From NCBI GenBank assembly GCA_016746295.1, contig JAEAOA010001935.1:356430-420429 (forward strand): 64,000 nt of DNA, written 5' to 3'. The notes under the pieces are model-generated. The model did not search any database, had not been told where the DNA came from, and worked only from the letters and a program-made list of their open reading frames with translations. The position numbers and the translations under genes are program-made. Origin of the DNA: Potamilus streckersoni. Taxonomy: Eukaryota. Numbering within the stretch: position 1 is the first letter of the stretch; each line of letters opens with the position of its first letter. Of the stretch, positions 24,960 to 39,100 are shown in pieces.

Positions 24960-25611
24960 TCACAAGTATCATTTTGATGCTAGAATGAACTCCTACAAAC
25001 CAAAATTACAGAGTGAGCCTATAGTTGTACAACATGAATGCTCTATGATGCACCATAACTTCCCACTAAATTTAAAGTTGGATCCAACTACAACATAGGC
25101 CATGATTGATCTACCATGACAATATGTGCAGACAGATCAAGGTTGATGCTGCTTGTCTTTCTGACATATAATCTACTGGGTAACACGTGCTAATTCATCC
25201 ATGGTACTAGCCTGTGAACCATCAAATCAAAGAGTAAATATTTTAAAAACAACTTCTACTAATTTTGTGAAAATTATACAGAAGTACATCCCAAAAATAA
25301 TTAAACATCAATTGAGGTCATAACTGTTTATTAACCTTGTGGATTCTTCTACCCAATTTGCATGGAAGCCATTTTGGAAGCCTATCACTATCAACATGGA
25401 AGTGTGTTTGGATGCCTACTGTAAACAACAGCCATTAAGAACTGGTTTTCACAGCACTGAATTCTGGGAAAACCCCTATATTGGACAGTACAGGCATTGA
25501 GGTCAATGCCCATTATGTCACATCAAATGGTTGTATTTAAGATCTGGTTGTAATCTTTTCAAAAAAAAACTGGGTTGCATTCTCCACTCTCCAAATGATG
25601 CCAGTGATTAT

Positions 25612-25785
25612 GTTCAGTACAATGAAACCTTGTCTTGAAAGATCACTGCTTTGTGAGACCACCTGTCTTGAAAGATCATATTCTCAATGCACAAACTGCT
25701 ATGAGAGATGACCTGTCTTGAGAGACCATAATAGTTTGGCAGAAAGGGTGTCTTTCAAGACAGGTTCAACTGTACTTTCTTGAGT
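25612..25785. mobile_element. Second copy of the Tc1-like MITE (see 7486-7678)
   Basis: Termini gtacaatgaaaccttgtcttgaaagatcac ... gacaggttcaactgtac; similar interior. Confidence 0.55.
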
Positions 25786-28574
25786 TTGGACGATTGGAAA
25801 TGGGTATATGAAAGTTTCAACAAATCAAATATAGTCTTAGATGTTGAGAGACTACAATGATTTTGGTAACTAATCAAATTTTGATGATTAATTTTGCAGG
25901 TGTTGGCAAACAGATTCTGAAGTTGAGGAATGTCAGCAAAAGCAGGTCACACTACTTCACTGGCTTGATGGTGTAGGAGTTCTCTCACTATTTTAAAGCA
26001 TAAAAAAATTCTTCTATGAAAATAATTATAAACTACAAGGATCAGATTTTGTTCTTAAACCTTTTGATAGATAATAGAGGTACCAAAAAGGTAAAAAGGG
26101 TTGACACTGATGTTAAACTTGGGCAAACTATGCACATGAGTTTTAATGCATTCTTTTCATAGCACACAAAACAGTGTGACTTTGGTACATATGCATCCAC
26201 TGCCTAAAAAGCAACTAACTGTATGTAGTAATGTAATAATGTAATGTAATAATATAATGTAATAATGTAAAGTAGTAATGGGGTGGAAATTAACTGGGTT
26301 ATAACTAGAATTGCATTGTTGTATCACTCCTTTTTTAGCGTACCAATTTACACGGGATAACAATTTTGCATTATTTCCTTGGTTGCTCCAAACCACAAAA
26401 ATAAAGACCACCAAAAATTGAACTTCATGTGAAGCATTAAGCTCCACAAACTTATTTTCTTACTCATATATTCCTAGTTGTCAATAAATTTTATCTATTT
26501 GTTAATTCAACTTCATTATTTTAACAAAATATATTTTGTAATAGTTTGTTTTATTTAAATCCATTTTGAAAAAAAAGACTGGAGCTAATATTCTTTTCTT
26601 ACATATGTATGCAAATATATCCACTATCAGGTAATTTATACATTTCCACTCACTTTAAACCAAAATGTTCAATGAGATTTATAAGAATAAAACAGAAACT
26701 AAAATATTTAAGTACCAAAATTACTAACAATGAATAAAAAATGAAATGATGTACAAAAATTGGATTTAATATTTTTAATATATTTATCTACATGAATCCT
26801 TCATTTAAGCAAAACTGCTGATGAATATAGTGCAAATACAGGAATAACAAAATTGTGCTTTACTCTCCACAAGTCCAAGATGCAACTCGATGTGGTCCAT
26901 CTAAACGAATGATCAACAAAAATCAAAATCTAACAATTAATACTAAGGATTCCTGCTAAAATTTAAATCCTCCTGAAAGCATATTTAATTATGTCCATGC
27001 ATTATGATTCAATAGAACAAGAATATAAACTACTGCTTGATGTTCATTAAACTCTAATTACAGTACTAATTAAACTCTAATTTCAGTACTAAAGCTCACG
27101 CTTCACAGATTTCTGGACAAACCCTCTGAATGAAAACTGTGAATTTAGTCTTCCAATAGATGTAAATGTTTGTCACATAGAAAATTAAAGAAATTTTAAA
27201 ATTAAAAAAGTCAATACCAATGATCACTCAAACATTTTATCTTGAGCTGCACACATCCATGGCTGCCACAGCTTGCTGACTGTCCTGAGCTTCAGGTATG
27301 GAATGATGACAATATCAACACAACACAATTATCAAGACATAGTGATGTTAGAACTTCAATGGACAGCGGTTTAACTGACAGATCATACATACTAATATCA
27401 TTGACCTCTTGGACAAAATCATGATGCAAGGAACTGATATTGACCTTGATTTTTACTCCATCTATTATTAGTATTGTTTTAACCATCAACATCTCCACCA
27501 TTTGTTGTTGGCATTTTTTTTTTCTTTAGTATTCTTTATCTTGAGTACTTGCAGAGATTAATCCAATGATATGCAAACTATGACAGGAAAATTTATGAGT
27601 TTAAGTATACATGAAAATGTCTTTCTCACAAAATCATCAAAAATGAAACCAGTGTTCTAATTTTACTGAAAATGGAATTAGTCAAGAAACAGTGAGCAAT
27701 TAGGAGCTAAAGGGACCAATCCCACCATATCCAAACGGCAAGAAACAATTAAGATTTTAAGTGTTAATGTTATTTTTTTAGCATTTACATTGATGGAACA
27801 TCAACCAGATTGGCCAGCAAGTTGGGTCAGTTGATTGGAATCATCAGCTGGGCCAGCCGTTAACCCAGAGAATGGGAGGAGCATTTATGTCAACCAAACT
27901 CGGGTAACCAACAAGAATTGCAGAGATCCCTCAACAACCAGAAGACCTCATTGGTCAGCTAGCTGGCAAGCCAAGTACAAGCTTGTCTGTTGCATGTGTA
28001 GAAAAAAAAGTGAAAATCAGTGGATATTTAGACTTGCCGAGTCCACCCGCTCACTGCAATGGAAGGATCCAAACTTTGCTGCAGAAGATGTCTAGTTTAG
28101 TTTTCACTAAATAAATAAACAAAATAAATGTTCTGCAGATGGAACTTGTCTACTACCAAGTAGGGCACTTGCATTCACCACATCACATAGAAAAAGTGGA
28201 TGTGATTGTTACTTTGTTATATAGGCGAAAAGGTGAAGTTTCTTGTCAAATACTGTAATCATACACCGGATGTGTGGACACACACACAAACACTGAGGAT
28301 GACAAGAATGCACTGGAGGCAAATCAGTCATCTAGAAAGTTATAGTTTGTCTTCATGGCAGAATATTGTTGTATACTAAAGACAAGCATGTCAATTCATG
28401 ATGTGCAAGAAAAAAATAAATAAAAAGAAATAAGGTACATTTGCATGTACTAAACAACAAAATGAAATTGGGAGACTTGGACATCTTGAAGCAAGAGTGG
28501 CAAAGGAACAAATGCAGTGGTATTTGGACAACTTGAATTTTGCCAGTCCTTATTTAGAGATACTGGTACTGCTA

Positions 28575-28790
28575 TGTACCAAATATGTCAATTTTGGGTA
28601 CAATGATATGTTTGTACAATGATATTTTTGTACAATGATATGTTGGTACAATGATATGTTGGTACAATGATATGTTGGTACAATGATATGTTGGTACAAT
28701 GATATGTTTGTATAATGATATATTGGTACAATGATATGTTTGTACAATGATATGTTTGTACAATGATATGTTTGTACATTAGAATCTCCT
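28575..28790. repeat. 16-bp tandem repeat (gtacaatgatatgttg), about 13 copies
   Basis: Direct read. Confidence 0.9.
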
Positions 28791-28799
28791 CCTTACCTA

Positions 28800-29700
28800 T
28801 TGTGGCAGTGCATGGCTACTAGAAATCAAATGTTCACTTTCTATCCTGAAAGGTGGTATCTGTATTTCAGAAGATACTTGCCGTATTCAAGATCAGTTAC
28901 TGTTTACAATTCCTTCAGGATGTTTTTGGTGTACGCATAAGGAGAAACTTTTCTGTTCTTTGTTTGGGAACACCCTCTCGGTGAAGAACATCTTTCATTT
29001 CTTGTATGGCAGACAGCATATGCTGTGCTGCATCCATGAGATTTCAGTCTGGAGTGTTTGAGCTGTATAGAGGGTTCCAGGCCATATTTTAAGAAGATTC
29101 AAGCCTGCTCTACTGCAATCTCTTGTTTCAAATACATTCCGCCAATACAGTTATTGTGTCCACAACAATAGTGTCTTGGTGTCCATTGAGTACCGTATTG
29201 AGTGCTTTGGTAAACCAAACTCCATAAAGTCTACCAGATATGCTATACAAGAGGACCCAATCAACAATCCTGGACTCAAAATACTTGCAAGGACAAAGAC
29301 ATGTTCTTGTTGTTGCATACGCATAGCAAATTTGGTGTACATTTCCTCTGACCGAACCTCTAGGTGGCCATCTTCACTAGCCAAGGGTCTAATAACCCTA
29401 TCTATACCTTGACATATCGAGCAGATATTTCTATGTTTCAGTGGCAAGCCACCACATCCAATCAAAATCAAGTTGTTCGAATTGGAACACTGTTTTTATA
29501 TGACTGACACAAGAGGAGCACACAACTCAAATGGACTGATAAATAAGCACTTTTCTAGTGCCATTCCATGTTTGCACAAATACCTTTCACCTGTAACGGC
29601 TTCCTTTTGGTACACATTCATACTTTTGATGTTAAACTTACGAAGTATCTTTTTGAGATCAATTGTCAGCATCATTTTTAGCTAATGTACAGTCCCATTT
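28800..29700 (-). pseudogene. Minus-strand coding remnant of unknown family (probable decayed TE gene): ...LKMMLTIDLKKILRKFNIKSMNVYQKEAVTGERYLCKHGMALEKCLFISPFELCAPLVSVI*KQCSNSNNLILIGCGGLPLKHRNICSICQGIDRVIRPLASEDGHLEVRSEEMYTKFAMRMQQQEHVFVLASILSPGLLIGSSCIAYLVDFMEFGLPKHSIRYSMDTKTLLLWTQ
   Basis: Protein-like composition over about 800 nt with one in-frame stop and frame changes; CxxC motif; no recognisable domain by eye. Confidence 0.25.
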
Positions 29701-30879
29701 GTTAGTTGGCAATGCAAATTACAGGAGGCAACACATAAATCCAATAGATGTCACTAGGACAAAGCACCGATATAGCTGTTAGATCTGCCAAGGATTAGAT
29801 AGGGTTATTGGAACCTTGGTGATCAATTCTTTTAGTGAAACTCCATGTTGATATGACCATCCATTCAGAGGATTAGCAATTCCATGGTTTTTAAGATCGC
29901 TGTTGTGGTGGCACACTGGGGTCTGAACTGCCTCATTTTCATTTAGGACAAACTAGAATGTGTTCTGGCAATCCTCCCAGTAGTTTAGGAGTAGCGAAAA
30001 CAAACTTGTGCTAACAGACATATGACACTGGACATCTGAAGACATACATCAGACAACATGCCATTCAATAAGTCCTTTAGTTTATGCCCAGCAGAGCAAA
30101 ATTACATTCTAGTTGTGTTGTTAGGGCTTCAATAACAGGCCCATATACCCTAACAAGATCTTCGCATGAAGGCATGGCAGTTGATTTTTTTTAATCAGTA
30201 AGACCAATTCTGAGTAATGTGTAACAAAATATCAAGTAATGTCATCATCAAAATGCAAGACATGCATTTGAATTCAGAATTGTAACCTGGTGCAGTGAAT
30301 ACAACATCGAGTTCTTAATACTTAGACTTTAATGATCTCCGGTTTCTTGATAAATACAGGTGACCTTTAAGACAGATGGTTCTACAGACTCTGAAAGAGA
30401 TAATATTACCAGTGAAATACATAAGAAATGCAAGTGGAATGGAGAATAAATGTAAACAAAACACAGAATGAATTCAAATGAAACAATGAATCCAAAATAA
30501 TGGAACTCCAACGCAAAATGCAGAATGATGACTGATAAAAATTAAAATGCATTTTATTGCATGGTCTTTTTACCTGTACTTCAGGTTGCCACTAAATTTC
30601 CACAGCTGAAAGCCCTTTGTCATGAAAATCTGGGAAAATAATTGTTCTTCGTACTGACAATTTTACACTATAAGCTGATGTGATTACATCATCAGTGGTA
30701 GTTTTCTCTCTAAAATATTTATCTAAATTAAACAAAACCTTAAATTTAATAAAACAAAACAATGAAAGAAGTGATAAATACAAAACAGAATGCATTTCTG
30801 AAAATGCAATCATAAAACAACAAAATAGTAGTTGCAATGCAAAAAGTGCATGGAATGCAAATGAAATACAGAATGAATG

Positions 30880-31110
30880 CAAGCAAAATGCAGATTGAAT
30901 TGCCAATGAAATCAGAATGAATGCAAGCACAATGCAGATTGAATTGCCAATGAAATACAGAATGAATGCAAGCAAAATGCAGATTGAATTGCCAATGAAA
31001 TACAGAATGAATGCAAGCAAAATGCAGATTGAATTGCCAATGAAATACAGAATGAATGAAAGCAAAATGCAGATTGAATTGCCAATGAAATCAGAATGAA
31101 TGCAAGTGAA
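30880..31110. repeat. 48-bp tandem repeat (aatgaaatacagaatgaatgcaagcaaaatgcagattgaattgcc), about 4.5 copies
   Basis: Direct read; it accounts for the spurious 189-aa ORF 30592-31161. Confidence 0.85.
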
Positions 31111-31312
31111 ATGCTGAATTATTGCAAGTAAAATTGGGAATGAAATGTCAGCAAAATGCAAATAAAATATAGATCTGGTACTATTGTCTGAGAGTCTGTA
31201 ATACAGGTAACTATTAAGACAGAAGTGTCTTTAATGCAGATGACATACAACAGGCTACAGTTTAATATAGATACTTAAGGCAAGACCTAGCACAAAACAT
31301 TACAGATCACCT

Positions 31313-31320
<8 letters not shown>

Positions 31321-31378
<58 letters not shown>
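31321..31378. repeat. (AAT)n microsatellite (about 19 units), the 3' tail of the minus-strand LINE fragment
   Basis: Direct read. Confidence 0.9.
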
Positions 31379-31379
<1 letters not shown>

Positions 31380-33960
31380 TAATAATACTAATGAGGACTT
31401 TGTATAGCGCCTAATCTTTAGAAGCTCTAAGAGCTTTAAAAAATTTGACAATTAAAAAAAAACATATGATGATACAATTAAAAAAATAAATACAAACACC
31501 ATGAAATTAGAAAACATTCTGTAAATATTTAAGGTAAGGAAACATTATTATGTCTTTAAGTCTGTTCTTGCAGTTGAAATAGGTGCACTTTAATAGCACT
31601 CTTAAATGAGATCATTATGTCTTTGAGTCTAAGTTCAGTGGCCAATTCGTTCCATGTTGCTGGACCCTGGTATGCAAAAGAGCGTTGTCCTTATGATTTC
31701 ATTTTCATAATGGGAATAATGAAAATACAAGTGTCAGAAGAGGAGTGTAAGTATCTTGCAGGTGTGTACACATGGGTGAGGTCAGATAGGTACGTTGGAT
31801 TGGAGATCGTCAGTGAAACATAGCATAGAGAACATATTCTGTGTTTAATTCTGGATCATATGGATAGCCAGTACAGGGTACAGAGCAGTGGAAAGGCGTG
31901 CTCTGATCATGGTACTCTAAGTATGATCAAAGATGTGTTTTGAACTTTTTGAAGTTTCTGGAGTAGATATTGAGATGAACTAAACAGAATTGAGTTACAA
32001 TAGTCCAGTCCTAAAAGTACTAAGGAACACACAAGTGTTTTAGTGGCATCAACTGAAAGATACTTGTGAATGGAGCTGATGCGTCTCAGCTCAAGATATG
32101 CAGACTTGCATATGTTCATGACATGTTGATGCAATGAGAGAGTACTGTAAAGAGTGACACTGAGGTTTCGTACTGACTGCTTGAAGTTAATGTTGTTGTT
32201 GCTGACATTTATTGTCTGAGGTAAAGGATGTGAATGAGAAAGTCTTTCTGCTGTGATCAGGATGGCTTCAGTTTTATCATCATTCATCTGCAGCTTGTTA
32301 CATGTCATCCATGATTTCACATTGGAAATGCACCTCTCTATGTCTTGGATGGTAGCTTCAACTTCAGTTGGATGGCACTAGATGATGATCTATGACACTT
32401 GAAAGTGGTTGAGTGAAAAGAATAAAGAGAACAGGTCCAAGAACAGACCCTTGTGGAACACCACAGCATAGAACAACTGGGCTGGAGTGTTTACCATTTG
32501 CAGACACAATTTGTGTCCTGTTGACCAAGTAGGACTTGAACCATAGTAAGGCCATATCATGAATGCCAAATACATGCTGGAGATGGTGAAGTAATATATC
32601 ATGGTCTATTGTGTCAAATGCTGCAGACAAGTCAAGAAGAGTGAGGACTGTAATCTTTCTGCCATCCAAAGCAATGAAAAGGTCATTAACTGTTTTCAGA
32701 TGAGTAGTTTCAGTACTGTGGCAAGGGTGATATGCAGACTGTACATTGCTAAAAAGAAAGTTTGAATTCAGATGATATAAAAGATATAACAACTTTTTCT
32801 AAGATTTTTGACATGAATTGGAGATTAGAAACTGGGCAGCAGTTCTTTAAAATCCTTATAGTCAAGTGTTGGTTTCTTCAGCAGAGGCTTTACAATGGCA
32901 GTTGTATAAAATGATGGGAATTCCCCAGATTAGAGAGAGAGGTATTAATAACATTAGTTAGTAAAGGCAATATTGGATATCAGCACTCTAGCAGCAGCGA
33001 CGTTGAATCAATCCCTGAAAAAGATAACATGACTTTGGTGCACTATACATTACGATTGTACATACTAAATCCATAGAGATAGGTTCAAGTGGTTGCCGCT
33101 GATATTCTATATTGTAACTGTATGGTGGTGATGAGTCACTGAAATTGTGTTGTCAAGTTTATCTCTGATGGTTTGCACTTTGTCACAGAAGAAATTTGCA
33201 AACAGGTCCGGAAGGTCAACTAGAGAAAAGGGAGCTGGAAGAGGTGTACATTTGTTCCTTGACATTAGATTTTTTGTAATCTCAAATAGCTCTTTGCAGC
33301 TGGAACTTTCTGTGATCTTAGTACTGTAGTGGACTGACTTCGCTGCATGGACTATGTGACATTCTTCTTAGCGGCATCATAAATCTGCTTATGAATAGTG
33401 AGTCTGGTGGAAAGCCAAAGCCTCTCATCTTTACGATGGTCTCTTTTGGCAGTGTGAAGCTGATCATTAACACTGCTATACCATGGAGAACAATTCTGAT
33501 TTGCTATTCTGCATTTTGTTGCTGGGGCATGTTTGTCAAGCAATGAACACAGGCAGTTACTGAGTTGTTCTGCTGTAGGAGGTAAGCTAGTTGTTAGGTT
33601 TGCTTGGATGTCATACATTAGCTGGGTTCTGTTTATAATAAGGAGGTTTCTCTTAGTAGCGAATAAAGGTGGAGGATTAGGAACTAATACGTCAGATAGC
33701 ATATAATGCAGAGGTTATCTGATGCAAGGTTGTGGGACTACAGGGAGGACTGTAAAATATTATCATTAGGTCTGTAAAGAATCCAGTCTAAAATGTGACC
33801 ATGTAACCATGTTTATGGGTGGGTTCACTAACTGACTGACTGCGGTTGAAAATGTGAATGGAATCTAGGAATACGTGTGGCTGGTTCATACAGATAACCT
33901 TTAAGATACAAGGTTTTTTTTATACAGGTGACCTTTCATGATAGGTGGTTGCTTAACACA
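31321..33960 (-). mobile_element. 5'-truncated, frameshifted non-LTR retrotransposon (CR1/L2-like) carrying a reverse-transcriptase remnant; its 3' end is an (ATT)n tail (plus strand reads (AAT)n at 31321-31378)
   Basis: Minus ORFs 33352-33702 (..CSPWYSSVNDQLHTAKRDHRKDERLWLSTRL..), 32364-32792 (..QSAYHPCHSTETTHLKTVNDL...LLDLSAAFDTIDHDILL...GVPQGSVLGPVLF..) and 31907-32320 (MKSWMTCNKLQMNDDKTEAILI...). These are RT motifs 0-7 plus the thumb region, split over three frames. The 3' module matches 1252-1458 and 22955-23150. Confidence 0.7.
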
Positions 33961-33981
33961 GGTGAATGTTAAGAAAGAATT

Positions 33982-33984
<3 letters not shown>

Positions 33985-34021
<37 letters not shown>

Positions 34022-34323
34022 TTCAGAATTTTAACTTAGCTTTAAAAAAATTTCAGTCATATTGCTACGTGACAGTTCATAGTGATGTCCAGCACTGGGG
34101 CATCATGCAACAGACGTATGGCATGATTTCCCACCTAGTCACATTATCCTGATACCAGGCTGTCCAATCCTAACACTAACCTCTTAATGCTGAGCACCAA
34201 GAGAGGCAGCTGTTAGTACCATTTATTTGTTTAAAAGTCTTTGGTATGACTCGATGGGGGTTCAAACCTTTGAACTCCCACATCCAAGGTTGATGCTCTA
34301 ACAACTAGGTCACCAGAGCAGTC
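33985..34323 (-). mobile_element. SINE family A copy with a (GT)n/(AC)n tail; target-site duplication taagaaagaatta
   Basis: Direct repeat taagaaagaatta at 33968-33980 and 34324-34336; collinear body. Confidence 0.75.
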
Positions 34324-35544
34324 TAAGAAAGAATTAATGGCATTTAAATTATCTTATCGAAGGTTGTGAAACAAAATTCAATAAATTTATATGTTGTATT
34401 GTCAAACAAATTTGCAGGTATTACTAATGGGAAAATCCAGCTCTCTCTCCAAATCCTGCATTTTAAGGCTCACATAAAAATTTGTTGGTTTTTTTTCAGT
34501 ATGGCTGCTGCCAATATCCAGAAAATTAGGATCAAAGTTTGTGATCATATATTTACAAAACCTTTACAGAGGACTTGACATCTCCACTCTCTCATGCTAT
34601 TTACTTATGTGAAAAAGAAAACTAGTCATATCGTGAAAATCGATGATTTTTTTCTTTTGTATATTCTGTGCTGATATTTAGTATTAATTCAATTAACACC
34701 ATAGACATCAGCATAAAAGATGAAAAGAGAAAAATAGAAGAATTTATTAATTTTATGGTATGACTATAGTGCATTCCTCACAGAATTTCTGCATCACTTT
34801 TGCTGTTTTTGGAAGAGGCACAGCTGTTTTGAATAAAAATCAGGTTTAACAAATTTTAAAATTTGGAATTGTAGATTTTTTAAAAATTTAAAAATTGGAA
34901 TCCTTGGATTTTGATATAATAAACTGGGGTGATCCTGAGTGACAGCACTGAAATGGTGTTCCAGTTTACTGTCAGTTGTGCATCAATGAGGCCCAATTTT
35001 TTTCATTCAACCTCCAGTTCTGACACCATGGTTCATTTTTCACTCAATCTGACCCTCATTCTAACAACAAAGGTTTTTTTAGCCCACAATCTTGCATTAT
35101 TAGAGAAAACACTGTAACTAGGCTTCAATAAATTTTTTAAAAAATATAACAAAAATTATTTCAAATTATCATTTAAGTATTTAACATTCAGAAACCAAAA
35201 AGGTGATTCGGGATAAATAAATAGAAGGCATAAATAACATTACTCAGAATAAAACACAAAAAAATTCTCTAGACTATATTCTTTTTCAAGTCATAAATAT
35301 CAATTTTGGAGGGCATTTTTGCTAACTGAACAAATTTTTATTTTTTCACTGTTTGTGTCAGATATACTGCTACTAGTCTGAACAGACTTGTTGAACTTGT
35401 TGCACTTCTTGAAATTAAAACTGTTTGAACAACTGGACAAAATTAGAAATATAGAGGAATTTTATTTTTCAATGTTAAAATGACCAACACTGTTTATAAT
35501 ATATGCAAGGCTCTCTGCTTGCTGTTACAAATTTTGTGGTGTTT

Positions 35545-35700
35545 ATGTGGATATTTTATGCCATATCCATAGCATTCGACATATCCATAGTATTTGACAT
35601 ATCCATAGCATTCGACATATCCATAGTATTAGACATATCCATAGCATTCGACATATCCATAGCATTCGACATATTCATAGCATTCGACATATTCATAGCA
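35545..35700. repeat. 21-bp tandem repeat (atccatagcattcgacatat[c/t]), about 8 copies
   Basis: Direct read. Confidence 0.85.
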
Positions 35701-35861
35701 TTCGACATATTAAGAAAAACAAGTTTACCACCAACCCAGTGTTTTGCAGTAATGCTTATTCCCTGAATGTGTATTTAACAAAACTGCTGTTGCTAGCAGA
35801 AAAATGATAACCATAAGCTGAGATGAACACAGAGTTATGTAACAATAAGTCATATATTCAC

Positions 35862-36120
35862 CTTGTTTTTGTTGTTAGCCTATTTGAAAGGTTCGCACTC
35901 AACAATTCATTCCCACTATCAAAACTTGTGGACTTGTCACCAGGCTTGTCTTTAGGAGCTTTACTGGCTTTGTTGTGTTCTTTCCTCAGATGGTTATATA
36001 CAGCAAGGAAGTATTCACAGGTAAAGTCACATAGATTACAAAGGTACTGCGGTGATCCATTCTTATTCCATATATAATTCTTACTCAGTGTATTGCAGTT
36101 GTCTTCATTATCTTTACAAT
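35862..36120 (-). CDS. Internal coding exon (minus strand) with a C2H2 zinc finger: (D)CKDNEDNCNTLSKNYIWNKNGSPQYLCNLCDFTCEYFLAVYNHLRKEHNKASKAPKDKPGDKSTSFDSGNELLSANLSNRLTTKT(R)
   Basis: Acceptor ccatttcag|AT and donor ACAAG|gtgaat; 259 nt (2+255+2) open; YLCNLCDFTCEYFLAVYNHLRKEH fits C-x2-C-x12-H-x4-H; phase-compatible with exon 40594-40442 upstream (G|AT = Asp) and exon 23560-23166 downstream (AG|A = Arg). Confidence 0.6.
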
Positions 36121-39100
36121 CTGAAATGGAAAGCCTCTTTCAAAACAATATGAAGAAACACATGCACTAATAATGATGGGTATATTGCAAAAAGCTCTGT
36201 TCTACAAACTGCTCAGCAGGTACTTGAACAAACGAAGTTGTTGGAAAACATGTTTGGAGAAGGTTAGCATTTTTGGTGTCAAACTCTTCTAAATAATAAG
36301 GACTGTTCCAGTAAAACAAATATCCCAGGTAGAAGATACTTTCAAATTCAAAAATCCCAATGGGAAGCAATTAAAAAAAATTAAAATCCACCATCAGAAA
36401 TGTTTTAATTAAAACAAACATTGCCCCTACAGAAGCATATTTTTTTTTTTATACATAATTTCTGGCTATGGGTTAGTGTGTGGTAGAAGTGATTGTAATA
36501 CTGGGTTGGGGACAGAAGCAATTTAAACGACATCTAGCTGGAGGTAATCTACTGAATTCTTATAGATCATATAATCTACTGCATATTTTTTTTTGTATTC
36601 ATTCATTTTGTTTGTTTGTCAGTCACCTATGTCTCTGATACTGTGAAATCACAAATTTTCTTGGTGGCTTATTATTTGTATACATCATTGATGAGTCCCT
36701 TAATATCTACTAATATCCATGAATATAGATTTTACATTAGGGATTTCTATTCTAATACAGAAATCATGAATTTGTATCCTTACTAAACTGTATGTTTACT
36801 AAAATGATCACTTTGTTTTGCATTTTTCTTTGTTCTCAGACATGCTGCTTTTGATGAGAATAATAGTTAAATCTAATACTGCTTTAAATGGGTGGTCAGA
36901 TGCTATGATTTCCATTTTATTTTTTTTTTTCAATAAATGTTTTGGTAAACTTAAATGATTTGTCACAAAACAAAATCATTAATGCCTATGAAAGTGGTGT
37001 CACATTATTTCTGCCTACTCTTTACACTATATCATTTCTTGTAAGAACACATTTCAGTTATTGACATCTTATTTGTATGCCTTGTTGCAAAATATCAAGT
37101 TTTTTAAAAAAAGAAATATAGCAAGTCAAACATTTTTATATCATAAATTGGATTTTTAAAAATGGATGAAAGTCAAGGAATCATTGTTTCCCAGAGTACT
37201 CAAAAAATCAATGACATTGCAGTTAACTATTGTCAAACAGCATCATCATCATCATTATCATCATCATCATTATCATCATCATCATTATCATCATCATCAC
37301 TGAATGCCTAATAGCAACATTCTGCACTTTTAATCCAGTTGTCACAGGTTCCATCTCCCACTTCTAGTCTTTCATAAGTGACTTATACATATGGTCTGAG
37401 GGGCTTTAATAGCAGAGTATAAGATGCATGTCTTGTGATACAGATCTGAGAGGCTTCCATGGCAGAGTGGTACAATATCCTTGTCACATGATTACTTGTC
37501 TCCAATGTGTAAATGAGAATGATGCCATTTACTTGTGAAAGGTCAGTAATTTTATATAAGTGATGTTTGGTGTCTCAAAAGTAGTTGGATTTTCTTCAGC
37601 AATAAAACTGGCTGCCATATATAGATTTTCTTTATCTGAAAATGGTGTAAAGGCCACAATAATCTACTTAAACCCAAGATCTCGTGTCTAAATGACTGGC
37701 TGTTAGAGATAAATATCAAATCAACAGAGGCTCCATGTGCCCTAGTGTACTAAGTGCTCGCTTTCGCATATCACTTGCACATCTCTCTGGGTGAGATTTG
37801 TCACAGAGAGATCAACCAATTTGGGTTGGTGGTCTTTCGGGGTTCCTCCTCCACCTAATATACTGTTAAACACCCCCCCAAAAAAAACAAACCATACAAA
37901 ACTAAATCAACTAATCAACTGTGGCAACAGCAGCAAAGGCCCTGTTCAAGTTTATAAGTTTTGACTCCAGTAAATTTTGTAGACCTTTGAATATTATCAA
38001 TTATTCTTTTCTGACCGTTACCTAAAGTCATCATCAGTCAGGCAGAAGTACAGTGTATAATCATAAATGGTTATTTTGTGCTGACCATATGAGATGAAGT
38101 CTAGAGCAATCCTGCATCACATGCTTCCAAAAAGTTTACATTTTAGCTCACTTAAAGTTTTTCTAACAATGTCCATTGTTTCAACCAGACTGTGTTTAGA
38201 ACTCTTTTCAGGACTTATAATTTTTTTTATTATTTTTGAACAATAAGTCTTGTTTTAAATAATTTGCATTATTTTATGTGATCTAGTAAATAAATTGTAT
38301 CATTGTTAAAATTTATAAAGCTTGTTGTGTTCACGCTTTCTTTTATGTTACACAGAATGAGCCGTTACGTAACAACACTATATAACCAATAAATCTGTGC
38401 ATGGATAATTTGGTATCTAAAGAGAGGTGGTCTCTTATAGCAGTGGTCTCTCACGACTGGTTTTACTGTAATAAGAGCTATATGCATAAATACTGGTGGG
38501 AATAATGTTTAGTGGTCAAGGAAAATATATGGATGATTTCATAGGGATTCAAAATTTTGATAGGTCACATTTCTTATCATACTAATGTTGTTCAACAATA
38601 CTATTCTTCATGGTCGATTTATTTCTATAGATATTTGTTACCAATAAAACTAGGAAATTAAATCCTTCATAAATATTTCTGATTTTACAGTAGCTGCTAA
38701 ATTATCTGTTACAGTGGCCATAGGAAAGTGACTAAGAGTGATCTTTTCAGAGGGTAATCACAAAAATGTGAATTAAATTGCACATAAAGTATAAAAGGAA
38801 TAATTAATTTCTAAATATTGAATATTTTCATTTAAAAATCACAGGATGTAATGGAATGTCATGGAATCATTATGACAAAAATAAATTAGCATAACATAGG
38901 GATTAAACGTAATCTGACTCGACAAAATAGGGCCATACCAGCCCATGTGTCGACAAAATAAGGGTGCTGTTATAGGGCCATACCAGCCCATGTGTTGCAT
39001 AGCTAACTCTCATCTCCTAGGAAAATTTCAGCATAGACAGATCCTTAACCCTTTACTGAATGACCTGAATTCATCCTACTCCCAATACCTGGCCTGACAA

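Noticed and set aside
27835-28095. 86-aa plus-strand ORF in a locally GC-richer patch
   Set aside because: It has no splice-site support, no recognisable motif and the wrong strand for the host gene. I kept it only as a note.
30592-31161. 189-aa minus-strand ORF
   Set aside because: It runs through the 48-bp tandem repeat and AT-rich low-complexity sequence (repetitive FIGNSICILLAFILY). There are no splice signals and nothing domain-like.
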